From Marsupella aquatica (Eukaryota; Plantae; Marchantiophyta), in NCBI GenBank assembly GCA_973895155.1, contig OZ316896.1:23820144-23884143 (forward strand): 64,000 nucleotides of DNA. Direction: 5' to 3'. Below, one piece after another: positions 38,171 through 50,291 of the stretch. Within the stretch, counting starts at the first letter, position 1. Each line of letters starts with the position of its first letter. The notes under the pieces were generated by a model. The model saw only the letters and a program-made list of their open reading frames with translations. It made no database searches and was not told where the DNA came from. Both the position numbers and the translations under genes were made by a program.

Positions 38171-38992
38171 TTTTTGTTTTTTTTTTTGTTTTTGGTTTTT
38201 GGGGAAAGGCCAGAAGCCAGGAACTTTATTCATGGGAGCGGGGAACAAAGTCCGTCTGATATAAACCATGGGAGCCGGGAACAAAGCCCCTCTGAGAGGA
38301 GGAGACAGAACAGAAAGCAGAAATTAAGGGTGGCTAATGGGAGGAGCACACCCAGAGAGAAGCACTAATGGCAACCCCCAACCAGACGGCCAAAGAGAGG
38401 AGGCATGTCAAAAAGAGGAGGGAGGAAACCAGGGAGGAAAACCCAGCAATGCAAAAGAAATTGACTAACTAATTGGAGGATCGCAAAAAAGGCAAATAAG
38501 AAGCAGCCAAATCTTGTCAACAAAACATGGGAGACCAGCAAGGAACATATCCGGGGACACACCGAGCCAACCCCCAACCATCTCCGAAGCATGGGCCAGC
38601 CAAAAACACTGATACTGCTCCCACCACCTCCATCCGTTATGTCATCAAGCCTCGAAAACCGGATAGAAACCAAGCCACTATGGGTTCGAGCCCACCGAGA
38701 GAACCAGCAACCCACCTGGTGTCCACAAAGCAGTGGAACACAAAAGCCCCGGCAGACGAAGTCTGAGATAGGGCTCGGACCAACAAAGGGGACGTGGTGA
38801 CAAAAACCTCCAAAACAAGCAGCCTGTCCCCGAAGATGAAAATAGTCTCCCGGTATAAAGCCCCCAAAAACCAGATCCTGCCGGGCGATACCCCCGATGC
38901 CCCCCGCAGATAAATCCGAGCGCATCCATATAGATAATTCCATCCAATACAGCCACTCCCAAAGAAGAACCAAACGGCAGCAGGACAGAAGC
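38171..38992 (-). mobile_element. Non-LTR retroposon insertion (5-prime-truncated LINE or SINE-like) with poly(A) tail and 17-bp TSD
   Basis: CAGACGAGAGCCACGTT at 38154-38170 and 38993-39009; T-rich tail at the left end; minus-strand AATAAA near 38225-38230. Confidence 0.85.
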
Positions 38993-39488
38993 CAGACGAG
39001 AGCCACGTTGCCCCCTTTTTCACTCTGCCTTGCCAGAACTTTGCCTTCGATCATACCATTATTTTTTATGGAACAGGATAGGAAGTAGCAACTAGAGGCA
39101 CAAATTGAGTGATGCTCCACATGTAAGCATACTTTAATGTACTTCTCTGCACTTACAGGAGGTATTTTATTGTGCTAGCAAACAGGAGTTTTGCTAGCGA
39201 GGACAGCAGGCTAGCGAGGCAAGTTTGTGGGTACCTTCAGGGTAGTTAAGGCGGATTCCCAAGTAAGATTGTCGATATATATTGTGAAACAGTTATGAAA
39301 AAGGGAAATGCAGATACTGAAATATTCACAACCGAAAAACTCGAGATCTTCACAACACTGAACTAAATGAAAAGACATCTCGCTGTCAACAAAACCAGTT
39401 CAAAAAACCTTTCACAATCCATCTTTAATAAAGCTTTGGTATGACAAATATTTTCTGGAATGAGATTGCATCTGAAATTGACCATGAG

Positions 39489-42400
39489 TCATTGAGAATC
39501 CTCTGATTCCAAATCATCTGAGGAATTACTAGGATTGCTACTCGACTCCCTATCAGTCTCCTCAGCCGAGTCGTCAACATACTGGGCTACAGTACCAGCC
39601 TCATCATCTATGAAATGAGGGCAGTAAAGGGCTTTCCGAGCACCCCTCACTGACCGTAGACCTTTCCCCTCCCAAGTCAAAACGACGGGCGCTTCATCAA
39701 CCTCCTTTGCAGTTTTTCCAGGATAGCAAGGAAGCGCAAATCCCTTCTCAGGGGTCACAAGAAAATGATCCTCGATTTCTTTCCGAAGACGGAATCTCTC
39801 CTCCGAAAACCAATCCGAACGCCTATCACTGAAGAAATCACCAGCATCGGATCAATACTACACATCCAAAAATTCTACAAATAACAGAAAAACACCAAAT
39901 AGGGAATTCTACATCAAAGGCCAAGTGCTTTACTCCAGGTCGAATTCATCCTTCTCATCTCAAGGTCCTCCCTGATCATCTCTTGGGATCGTGAACTCAT
40001 CATCCGATCCTTCATCATTGGGATCATTGTTCTTCGGATCTGCGGCCCCTTTCAACTTCTGGACATGTCTCTCCAACACATTTGCCAGAGTTTTTTGCGC
40101 ACACAGATGAAGAATGTCTCGATCTTCAACACCCACAACAAATCTCCCAGCGTATTCCCCAGCGGCAAAAGCACTTCCATCTCCAACAGTCCAGTCAATG
40201 ACAATGTCCTTTGGCAAAGTAAGGATCTCCATTACGGCTTGCATGAACCCAACTGACAATCTATTGGAACCTGCAAAAGCCGTCGTGGGACTAGGATCAG
40301 TTTTTGGGTAGCAAACACTCAACATCGATTTATGGCGGGCATCCTCAGAGGAAGTCATTAGAACATATCCTGTATGTTTCGGGACTTTTGCTGAGAATTC
40401 CACCTTGCAGAAGACATCCATAGTGAGAGTAACTACCTGAATTGAAAACAAGAATATGTCAGAAATGGGTACTTTTGGTTAGCGAGATCGCTAGCAAAAA
40501 TTGCACGCAAAATATCATGGATATCTTACCTCGATGTCCATATCTTCCTCATGCAAAGGAGATGAAAGCAAAACCAAATACCGCCGGACATGTTTGAATT
40601 TGTTCTTCTGGTCGACGGCAGAAAAAATTTGTCTCATATGGTTATAGTCAGAGCTGTAAAGAACTGCGACATAACCATCGTCGGCAAGCATCGGACACAT
40701 GACTCCAAAGAAATAATATGGTAATTTCTCACTCCAAACATTCCACTTCGGGACCTCCCTGTCTGTGACACTCGTTTGATGACCCGTGGGAAGGAAAATG
40801 AAACCCAAGTGAGCACCAATCCCAATGTAATGTTTGTCGTTGATCATCACTGGGTTTGGGTGTTCTCTTGATTTGCTCATTCCAGACAACCACTGATCCG
40901 CATCGCCCATCCAAGGAGGTCTTACTTTCCTCTGGCTAATTGAGTTTGCAGTTTTCGTGAGATTGCTCTTTGCCAAGAAATGCCTCTCACCGTCCTTCTT
41001 AAGACCACACATTCGTGCTACTCCTTGAGCGATGCATGCTTCCTCCTCATCTGAGTTGGAGAGAATTTGGACATTACGCTTCCTCTTTAAACGCTTGATT
41101 GAACCAAGGTCCACAGCAGATTTTGTTGTGACCTCAACATCAGGAGACTTGGGTTCTTCTCCATCATCCGCCCCACTCTTCAAAGTCCTAGAGGCTGCAG
41201 CCTTTCTCTTCTCTAAAAAACATGTTCATGTCAAACAGGTCACTTAGACAAAATTACTCCAACTGCAGTATGAAAAAAAGAGGAGAAAAAGACTTACTTT
41301 GCTTCCCAAACAAGACTGATCCATCTTTGGATGTGTCCTTCACCAGCACCTTCCGAGGTCTCCTTGATCTACTCCGGTCGACAATGGCAGCTACACCAAG
41401 AACAACTTTCTCCATTGCCTCACATCCGCCAGCCTCTGCTTCTGTAGGAGCTAATTTGGACTCTGTAATGTACGACTCTGGTATCAAGCCTCGATTTATC
41501 ATATGAAAGGTTGCCTTCTCTATTGTGTCAAATGTCACTACCCATTTGTCTGATTATAAATACCATGGACAGTGAAGAACTTCCCACTCACTCATCTTCC
41601 TTGGAGCCTCCACTCCCTCACATGGGTACATCGAGTACTCTTCGTATTTAACGGAGGTTGGATCTTCTTTCACCCCTGCTATCCAAGGCGAGAAGCAAGT
41701 AGGATAGGACCACCAATATGTTTTGTTAGCAACTTCTCTATCCACAAAAAAATGATACGTATATCTCTTTGCCCTCCTCCGAACAAGTGAGATGTCAATC
41801 TTCTCACCCGACTTTGGTGGCCAAATCTGTTTGAAAAAACGAGATTTCACTCTCGTTTGGAAATCTTCAAAGTCCTCCTCTATGTCAAGGATCAGCGATG
41901 GCTTTGTCTTCTCAGACGAAGTAAGGATCCTCGCATCTGGAACAGTTGGGATCAACTCTGAAATAATCTCAGACATGAGTGAAGAACAAATTGACTCGAC
42001 CTGCTCCCATACAGCCCATCGGTGAAGCCAAAGTTTTGTTTTGCTGTCCGAGAATTGACCAGGGTGGAAGTACTTCTTGCAAAGCTCAGGTCTGCATTGT
42101 GCCTTGAGTAGTACACATCTGAGCTGCGGAGTCAACGAAGAGACACCCGTAAATAGTCTCGCACGATCGAGACCACATGACACATTACCCCTTCCTTTAT
42201 TGTCTGTTTGTTGGGCCTCCTTCCTCTCATGTTTGCAGTAGTTGTGCATCTCAACACACTTCTGGAAAAAGTCACCGAACTCAGGATTCAGAAGAGGTCC
42301 AATCTTTGGCACCTTCACATTCCAATCTGCTAGTTGCTCCTTCATCATGTCTTTCATAGCCATGTCTTGCACAGCTTTTGAAAGCGGTTCTCCTTGCGCT

Positions 42401-43508
42401 TCTTTCAACTAGAACTTCTTCTTCAAATCTTCCGTCTGCGTTGCAATATTAGCAGCAGACAGAATGTATGTGCAGGCATCGAGTGGGATGTTCTTCCAAT
42501 ACCAAGCCGGTTTCCTGATATTTGCCATCTTCTGCTGGAAAAGTTTGTAGTTGTCTGCATCAATGATATCTTTGTATACAGAAAGGTCATTGCTAAGCAC
42601 CTTCTGGACTTCTCTGCTTCAAGGACCCAAGAATTCTCAACGTGACATTGAGTCAACTTGAACCAAAAAAACAGGTCAGCGAGGTTGCTAACAAGAGGAA
42701 CTGAAAGAATTTTCTATACAATTCACTTCTTGAAGGAATAGAAACAAACTTATTCAACGCATGCATTGCCAACTAAATCTGCACAAATGAGTTCTTGTCA
42801 CCCTTGAAAATTTGGCAAACAACTCGAGGATGATATTTGACATCATGTGGATTCTCGTCCGCAAAGCTACATCCATGAGTAGAGACGATGATTTCCATCG
42901 AAAACACAGAACATTTTGTCTTTCAAAATTTTGAAAGCTTCGTGAGAATCACATTCCCTCTCAAATTCTTCATTCTAAAGAATCCACATGTCATCCCATG
43001 ACTCCCAAATCACATCGTCGCACATCTGGACATGGCCCTCTTTGTCGGTCATTTGTACGTAAAATCGAGGTGCATTCTCAATGTATCCCTGCGTTCGAAA
43101 TTCATTCTTGAGTGTCTCAATCGCAGTCGAGTTTGTTTGCAAGAACCGAACCATCTGCATATTTCACATTCTGCAAAGAGGAATCCTTGGAGGAGCGAGG
43201 GGGAATCCAAATTTGTCATTTCCAAAAGGGAAAAGATAGCGATTGATGACAGCAAAATAGGGTTTTGAAGCTCCAGGTTGAAATGTAGGATTCACAACAT
43301 CCACTTGGTTCACCATCTTTGGTCTCCTCGGTGTTTTGAATCCCGCCTAGAGCGCCTTCTTGTTTGCAGTAGACCTTGTCTCCCTTCAGCTTGACTCGAT
43401 TGACTTGAACGATCCTATTGATGACAAGCTCTCGGGTGAAGACAATGGCTCCATCAGCGGGTCCGTGACGTGATAAGGGTATGAACAGGTGAAGGTCGAG
43501 GGTGACAT
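39489..43508 (-). pseudogene. Multi-exon pseudogene: ParB/Srx-like N-terminal domain plus degenerate beta-class N4C/N6A DNA-methyltransferase-like C-terminal domain
   Basis: VRFL..IETLKNEFRTQGY...MFCVFDGNHRLYSW (DGNHR at 42885-42899); LTLPKDIVIDWTVGDGSAFAAGEYAGRFVVGVE near 40120-40225; GT-AG introns near 42660-42753, 41215-41298, 40438-40530 and 39840-39933; several in-frame stops. Confidence 0.62.
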
Positions 43509-44161
43509 GCTTTGCAAACGTAAAGAAACCCTCAAAACCCGAGAATCAATCATCCAGTCAAAGACATAATCATACCCTCGCCTGTTGCTTTCACCTGAAT
43601 GCAACGCCCGGTCGTGAAAAGAGATGCAGATGTTTTGTACGATGCTCTTCACAATCATTTTTCAGACACCGTCAGATATACATGTACTTCCAAAAATACG
43701 ATGAACCAAACTCACGATTGAACAAAAAGTAGCTAATAACAGAGAGATAGGTGTCCTGTACTGTACCGTACCGTTGACATTGAGGTACCCGTTGACCAAT
43801 TCCAACGGGTATAAATTAACGATCATAATGGTCAGCTATGAGAAACTATTTTTTCTAGCGACATCGCTAGCCAAAAATTGGTCACTAAATCCACAAACTC
43901 GTGAAGGGTGTTTTGTACGTTTTTGAGCCATTTTACATGGTTGATTGAGCTAGCAATCTTGCTAGCTTTAACATTCCTTAAATAGTTTCATATAAGACAA
44001 AATAACAGTCAGGTAACGGGAAGAAGAGGCATTTATTAAATAAATATGTTAAGTCAAACACCAACGGGAGCACGTTTTCTCATATGTACTTGGAGAAATA
44101 GGAGAGCGAAGTATCTCACATTTGAGGATTGTTGTAGACTGTAATATCCAAAACTGTCAGC

Positions 44162-44545
44162 ATGTCTTCTATGGGGTCGAAGGTTGTGATCGAGAGAAAG
44201 AAGATGGGTGATGTTGTTGTTCTGGATGTTCCGGAGAATAATGTTATCTCTGTCAAAGAGTCTTTCCTCTCATCAAGGTTTGGGCATTTGGAAGATGATT
44301 TCATCTGGAAGTTGTTCCTTCTTTACTCTTGGAATGGATCCAGAAGTCACGAGGTGCCGGATAATGGTTCAGAAATATTGCCAGAGAGAGCTTGGGACCT
44401 GTATATATCTTCTCTGCACAGCGAGTGCAATGAGGCCGGTCTTCAGGCCATTTCAGGGTATTTAGGGAGCGCGGTGCATGGTCTTCTACATGCGGTGCAC
44501 GGTCTCAACGTTTCAACATTTGAACTCCCACAACATTATTATTAA
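44162..44545 (+). CDS. Unknown 127-aa ORF divergent from the ParB-MTase gene, possibly a TE gene fragment
   Basis: ATG-initiated with protein-like composition; no motif recognised. Confidence 0.25.
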   Translation: MSSMGSKVVIERKKMGDVVVLDVPENNVISVKESFLSSRFGHLEDDFIWKLFLLYSWNGSRSHEVPDNGSEILPERAWDLYISSLHSECNEAGLQAISGYLGSAVHGLLHAVHGLNVSTFELPQHYY

Positions 44546-44704
44546 AACCTTTAAACTCCTATATATATTATCGGCGCATTACAGCCGTGGTGCAGCGGCT
44601 GTGTGGCTGTTTTGGAGGCCTGTAACAAGTGTAGTGGCGGTCGTGAAGGAGAGGGTGTGGTCGTGTTTATACAAGCATCTGGCCCGTTCATTTAAAATCC
44701 ACGG

Positions 44705-44935
44705 CCAACATTCATTGTTGACTTTCCATGCTAACATTATTGTTTACTTTCCATGGCTGATATTTATTGTTGACTTGTCGTGTCGAGGAGGTACTTTCCA
44801 CGGCTAACATTTATTTTTGACTTTTCACGGTTGATATTTATTGTTGGCTTGTCCTATCGAGGAGAAACTTGTGGCGGAAAAGCAAGTTGATATTTATTGT
44901 TGACTTGTTTTGTCGAGGAGATACTTGTGGCATAT
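44705..44935. repeat. Degenerate tandem repeat
   Basis: gatatttattgttg.cttgt....tcgaggag three times, interleaved with aacatt..ttgactttcca units. Confidence 0.7.
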
Positions 44936-45294
44936 AAGCAGGAATGATGATTTGTATACATAATTATGTTAACCATATATTGTAAGAACTGGGATTTTCC
45001 ATTGAAGATTGGATTGAATTGAAGTCCTTGCGCATGATCTTGCCCATCTATCTCTTCTTATTGACAGTCCAGATTTTCTCTGAATTTCCCCTCTTTCTAG
45101 ACTAAGTGTTGGCTTTTCTTTATCATCTTCCTTGTCCATCTTTTACAACTAACTGCACAATGTGTCAGTCTGCCCTTGTTGTGGCTGTCTATACTCAGGG
45201 ATCAAAGGTTCAAAGGTTTAGTGTTGATTTTCCCTTTTGTGTTGGATTTTCTTTATCATCTTTCTTATCCATCTTTTACAACATGGTTGTCTCT

Positions 45295-45633
45295 ATCCCA
45301 ACAAACAACTTCCCCGCCAACTCCCAACCCACAACTCCCCCAACCCACAATGTCAACCCCCACCCACAACCAAACTCCAAACTCCTTCAACCTCCAACAC
45401 ATAACTCCCCAACTCCCTCAACCCCCAACATACAACTGTCTACCTACCCAACCCAAGACACAACTTCCAATCCCTCAACCCCCAACACCCAACAATCCCC
45501 AACACCCGTCAATCCCCACCACACAACTCCCAACCCCCTCAGCCCCCAACACAACACCAAATTTTGTAACTCCAAACTGTGTCAACTCCCAACATAAACT
45601 CTCAACCTACCCAACCCAAGACACAACTCCCCA
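45295..45633. repeat. C/A-rich low-complexity tract (G-rich on the minus strand)
   Basis: caactcccaaccc-type units; acctacccaacccaagacacaact occurs twice. Confidence 0.8.
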
Positions 45634-45634
45634 A

Positions 45635-45894
45635 GGGTTTAGGGTGTCATCCCCAGTTTTTTAAGTACTGGTATGATTATTGAATATTGGGGGTGAGTTT
45701 GACCTCCAGTTTGTTGTGTGCACATTTTGGAGGGGCTAGGGGTGGGGGTACCCCCCAATTTTCGGGGTGCGTGTACTAGGGGGCGAGTGCCACCCTACTG
45801 TAGCATTTGGGGGTGTAACGAGCTGGGGGTGAGGGTCGGGGAGGGGTTCCATGGGGGTTGAGGGTGAGGGTGGCCCCCAGTTTTGGGGGTGCGT
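45635..45894 (+). repeat. Isolated, diverged copy of the subtelomeric satellite (head plus partial monomer), cut by element B
   Basis: gggtttagggtgtcatccccag... matches the array head with a deletion and substitutions, and stops at ttttgggggtgcgt. Confidence 0.9.
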
Positions 45895-48800
45895 TGTGAT
45901 GCCTAGACAGGAATCACTCGGCCGGTTAAGTGGGTAAAGCAGGAAGGCACCCTAGGAACACCTTAGTATAGTGACAAAACAAGGAAAATATAAACAATTA
46001 GGGGCAACCATGGAACCCGGGCCGAGGCCAGAGGTAAGGCTAAGGGTGAAAACCCGATTAGGGTTAGGGCGCGTTAAGCGTCGGCGGCTAGGAAGGATCA
46101 ACGGGAAGAAGGACCGGCAAAGGAGAGGGGTAAGGAGCGCTTGCAGGAGATGGTGGCTCATTTGCGAGCACGAACTAGGCAGACGACTACGGGAGGCCAA
46201 CTACTGTCAGCTGCTTAGGCAAGCACTCGGGGAGAGAGTAGATACCGATGATCAACCTAAGGAGGGTATGAGCAACGTCAATCAAGCGGCACATTTCTGG
46301 GGATGCCTGTTCGAACGGGCAACTGAGTACATCAAGACTTACGAGGACGAGGAATCAGAAAGGGCAGCTCGAGAACGGCAGGAGCTCGCTCGATTGTGGG
46401 AGCTGCAGAAGACGGCTTTCTTAGGAGGCGAACTCATCAAGGACGAGTTCCTGTGGACGCCTACTTCCAATCAACTCGACGATCTTCTGTTTTGCAAAGA
46501 CAGCGTCGTCGGCATCCGAGAGGCCATCAAGAACTGCAACGACATACACTGGGAATTAAAGGGTAGCACGGAAAGGTGGACCTAGGCAACGGTGCTAGGA
46601 GAAACCTCCACGGCAGCAGAGATGAAGAGGAAGGGAGCCGTCAACGATGAAGCCACCCCGGCAAAAAGAACGAGGTCGGCGGCACCAAAGAAGCCAGCCG
46701 AGCAGCAGAGCAGGAGGCAGGGAGAAGCCGAAGAGGAGGAGGTCGATCCCATCAAGGCCATTCCAACCAGGGATGACACCTGGAAGGGCTGGGCGGCAAC
46801 CCTACCGGTGGAGGTGCAACTACATTTTGCACGGGAGGAGGATGCATGCTTTACGGCCATGCAGACCAAGAAGTACCAAGGCTTCATGGCCGGATCCGGC
46901 TTGGAGGCCTTTGTAAGATTACCATGGCTGAAGCCGGAGGTACCGGAGTCAGACCTATTAGAATTCGTGGGGTCATGGGAACCCGAGACCAATTGCACGA
47001 GGATATATGGGAAGGATTTCTATCTTACTCCCAAGGTAATTGCCGAAGTGTTTGGCCTGCCGATAGGCAATAAGACCAAAGTTGATACCAGGAAGACCTT
47101 GCCTGACAAGGAGTTCCGGTCGTTCCCCGGGCCATCAACGAAGAATGGCTTCTTCCGGAACACCTGCACCAACCCGCACATAGGAGAGATGATCAACTTC
47201 TTGCGGGTGACCATGCATTGTAACTTGCCGAGGGCAGAGATCGGCAAGGCACAGGTCTATCTGGCAGAAAGGCCAGACCCAAGCCGGGACTACAACGGGT
47301 ACCTCCTCAACCAATTGAAGAAGATCTTAAAGGAGGAGCAGCAGGTAATCGGCATGGGGAGCGTGTCGCGGCTTGGCTATCACATGCCGCTGTTGTGCCG
47401 GTATGCCAGAGGTCAGACTTTTGCCCCGGTACTTCCCCTGCAGGTAAGGGCACCCGAGGAAGCTCCAACGCCGAGGCCATTGGCTGAGAAGCCTCAACCA
47501 CCTGTTAGTCCTACGATCGAGCAGGTGTTTAGGCCCAGGAAGGAGGACTTGCCGATGCAGCAACCAGGCATGCAGAGTCTGCTGAAACTACTGGAGAAAG
47601 AAAAGAAATCGGCATCGGCAACAACAACGGCAACGGCAACAATGCAGGACACTACTACAGAGGTAGGCCTACACCGGCTCACAAGAGAAAACCCCTTTGC
47701 TGGAGACAAGGAGAGAATCAGGCCGGAATCCAAGCCAGGTGTTCGAATGTACGTGGGAACCTCAAGCTCCGAATCTGAGGCAGAATTGCCTGAAGCTCCT
47801 ACCGACGAAGAGGAGAGGGAGAAGCCGGACGTCCAAGAGGTAGAGGAGGCAGTGGAGGACTGCAGCCAGGATAATTCCGGCTATGGGTCGGACCATCACG
47901 TTCCAGGAGTAAGGACCTGTGGCCGGTTTGTCCCCACACTTCCAAGGGTAGTGCGAGGGGACCCCAACCAGCAGAGTAGCCCTGAGTCTCCCCCACCAGA
48001 TGTTGCTCCCCCGAGCTTCGACGGCATAAAACAGACAGTGCAGGAATTTCAGGAGCGAATCAAGCAGGAGGAGGAGGCCGCCCTGGCTAAGGAAAAGGAT
48101 TTACCAGGAGGAGATTGGCCGGAGGACATCAGGCGGCTAGCCGAAAAAGGAAGCAAACCTCTAGCCACGATTGAAGAGATCCGCAGGACGGCTTGGGAGC
48201 AGAGGCCACGATGGGCGATGCCGATCACTTCTACTTACTCCACCTACGCTAAGAATAGAGCCATGGAGTATGGTGAGATGTGTGGGGAACTTGCGCTCGG
48301 CATCTTTGGAGAGGAGTTGGAGGTAGGACCCTTTTTCCATAGGGAGCAGTTGGAGAAGCACCAATTAGAAGAAGCGGTGACTTTAGAGAGAAGCAAGAAG
48401 GACGAGGTCATTCGGCGGGTTAGGAGGATGGAAGCCGAGATTGAAGATCTAAGGGCGGCCAAGAAAGCCCAAGATGAACTGCGGATTAAACGACATGAGC
48501 TGAACATCATGCAGGGGCAGTTGGACACCGCGCAGGCTGATAATCAGAATATCAAGGATAAACTGACTCAGACGCAGGAAGAGTTGGCCGACACGATCAA
48601 AGAGAGGGAGAAGTGGAAGCAAGAGCTGAAGAATACAGAGGAGGCCCACATAACAGCCAACAGCCGGGCCATGGCGGAGACCCAAAGAAAGGAATGGGCA
48701 TTGAAAGGGGAGCTCGAGAAAATCCGCGGAGCCCTTGAGCAGAAGGAGGCCGAGTTAGGGAAATCCTATCAAGGGATTATGGCGCTGCAGCAGGAGCTTG

Positions 48801-50291
48801 CGTCCCTGACGGCCAGCTTCAAGGCCGACCTAAGGGAGAAGGACGAGATGCTCGAACAGACTTACGCCAAGATGAACCAGATGGAGTCTGTCATCATTGC
48901 AGAGCTCGACAAGGAGCTAAGAGCAACCCGGGAGGAGAGGGCTACCTTGAAGAAGGAATTGGAGGAAGCCCACAGGGAGCAGGAGGAGGCCAAAAACGAG
49001 CTGGAGGGGGCACGTAAGGACCTGGATGAAACCCAAGAGGAGTTGGAGGAAATCACGAGGAAGATGGAGAACCTACAGCGGCGGGCCGACAACCAAACAG
49101 AGCGGCTGAAGAAACAAGCCGCAGTATTTAAATGCTTAGCTGCAGCAGGTCCATCTCCCGTTGGGACAAACCAGTTACCAGGGGTGGTAATTGCCGAAGG
49201 ACAAGCCGCGCCACCTGCACCAGTGCCGGAAGTAAGTGGGAAGGGGAAGGGACCAGCTGCCGAGCCACCAACGAAGAAGAAGCGGAAACCTTCAGGGTCA
49301 AGGAGTAATACGACCTCACAGGCCGTGGTGATCAAGGAGGTAGACCCAGCACCAACCCCAGACAGGGTCACGGCTAAGGATCCAACTACCCTAGGGGAAG
49401 GGGAGGCCGAAGCCGAGGGAGTGGCTGAAGCCGAAGCCGTGGGAGTGGCTGAGGCCGAAGCCGTGGGTATTGCCGAGGCCGGTGTCGAGGCTGAAGCCGA
49501 AGGTGGACCCAGTCAGGCCGAGGGAGAGTTGACTCGGTCAAGGGCAGGTAATCTGTCAGTAGGCGGGCCAACGGCAGTGGCTGAGGAGGAAGTGTTGGGG
49601 GCGTCCATTGAGGATCCACCACCGGTGTCGTGACGGTGCAAGGGCGCCGTTCCTTTTAGGGAGGGCGGACGTGGAGGGAGGAGGCGTGAGTGGGCAGGGC
49701 GGGCGCGGATCTCCACGTTTAGGATTAGGATTAGAACCAGGAGCGGCCCTGACACTTAGCTTAGTGAGATTGCGGTTCCACTGGTAGGAGCAACACTTGT
49801 GCTCCTGCCTTGCTGTACATAGGTAGATTCGGGCAAGTAGATTACTGTCAGGTAGATTAGGCTTACGATGCAAAGAATGGCGGATCCACTACCAGGATAA
49901 GTACCTCGGCAGCGGGGAGCTCAGGGCCTCTTCTTTAGCAAGTTTTTAGTTTGCACCAGCCGGGCTGGGATCAAGTAGTACGAGAAGCTCTCGGTTAGTC
50001 ATACAGTGACCCTTGTGTATATTCATGTTTCCTCATGCCTAAGAGCTGAATAGAGTTGGCCTCACGGCTTAGTTCGCAGAACTTGTGTATGAGATGTACT
50101 GTTTGTATGGCAAGTGCATGGTATGACTCAGTCAGAATGAGTCATTTTGCTATTTGTGTGTCGCATTAACTTGTGTGAAGAGTGCCCACATCAACAGAAG
50201 GAAGGAAAGTAAGCAGGGGAGTGAGAGTTGGATGTGTCGAGCTGAGAGAGGTCTTAGCGGCTTAACCAAGCCTATTGGGGATCTGGTGGCG
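45895..50291 (+). mobile_element. Element B: second copy of the element A family, 3-prime truncated
   Basis: Begins TGTGATGCCTAG, the reverse complement of the A end at 19164. Homology to A ends at cctattggggatc..ggcg, equivalent to about 14690, so about 250 bp of the end is missing. Confidence 0.9.
45971..49633 (+). pseudogene. Element B ORF (about 1220 codons) with one premature stop
   Basis: ORFs 45971-46585 and 46592-49633 are in the same frame; TAG at 46583-46585 corresponds to Lys in copy A (WTKATVLGE). Confidence 0.85.

Noticed and set aside
38365-39120. 251-aa minus-strand ORF as a gene
   Set aside because: It crosses the retroposon boundary and TSD and has low-complexity G/F/L composition.
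46583-46585. Programmed stop-codon readthrough in the element B ORF
   Set aside because: Copy A has a Lys codon at this position, so a point mutation is the simpler explanation.
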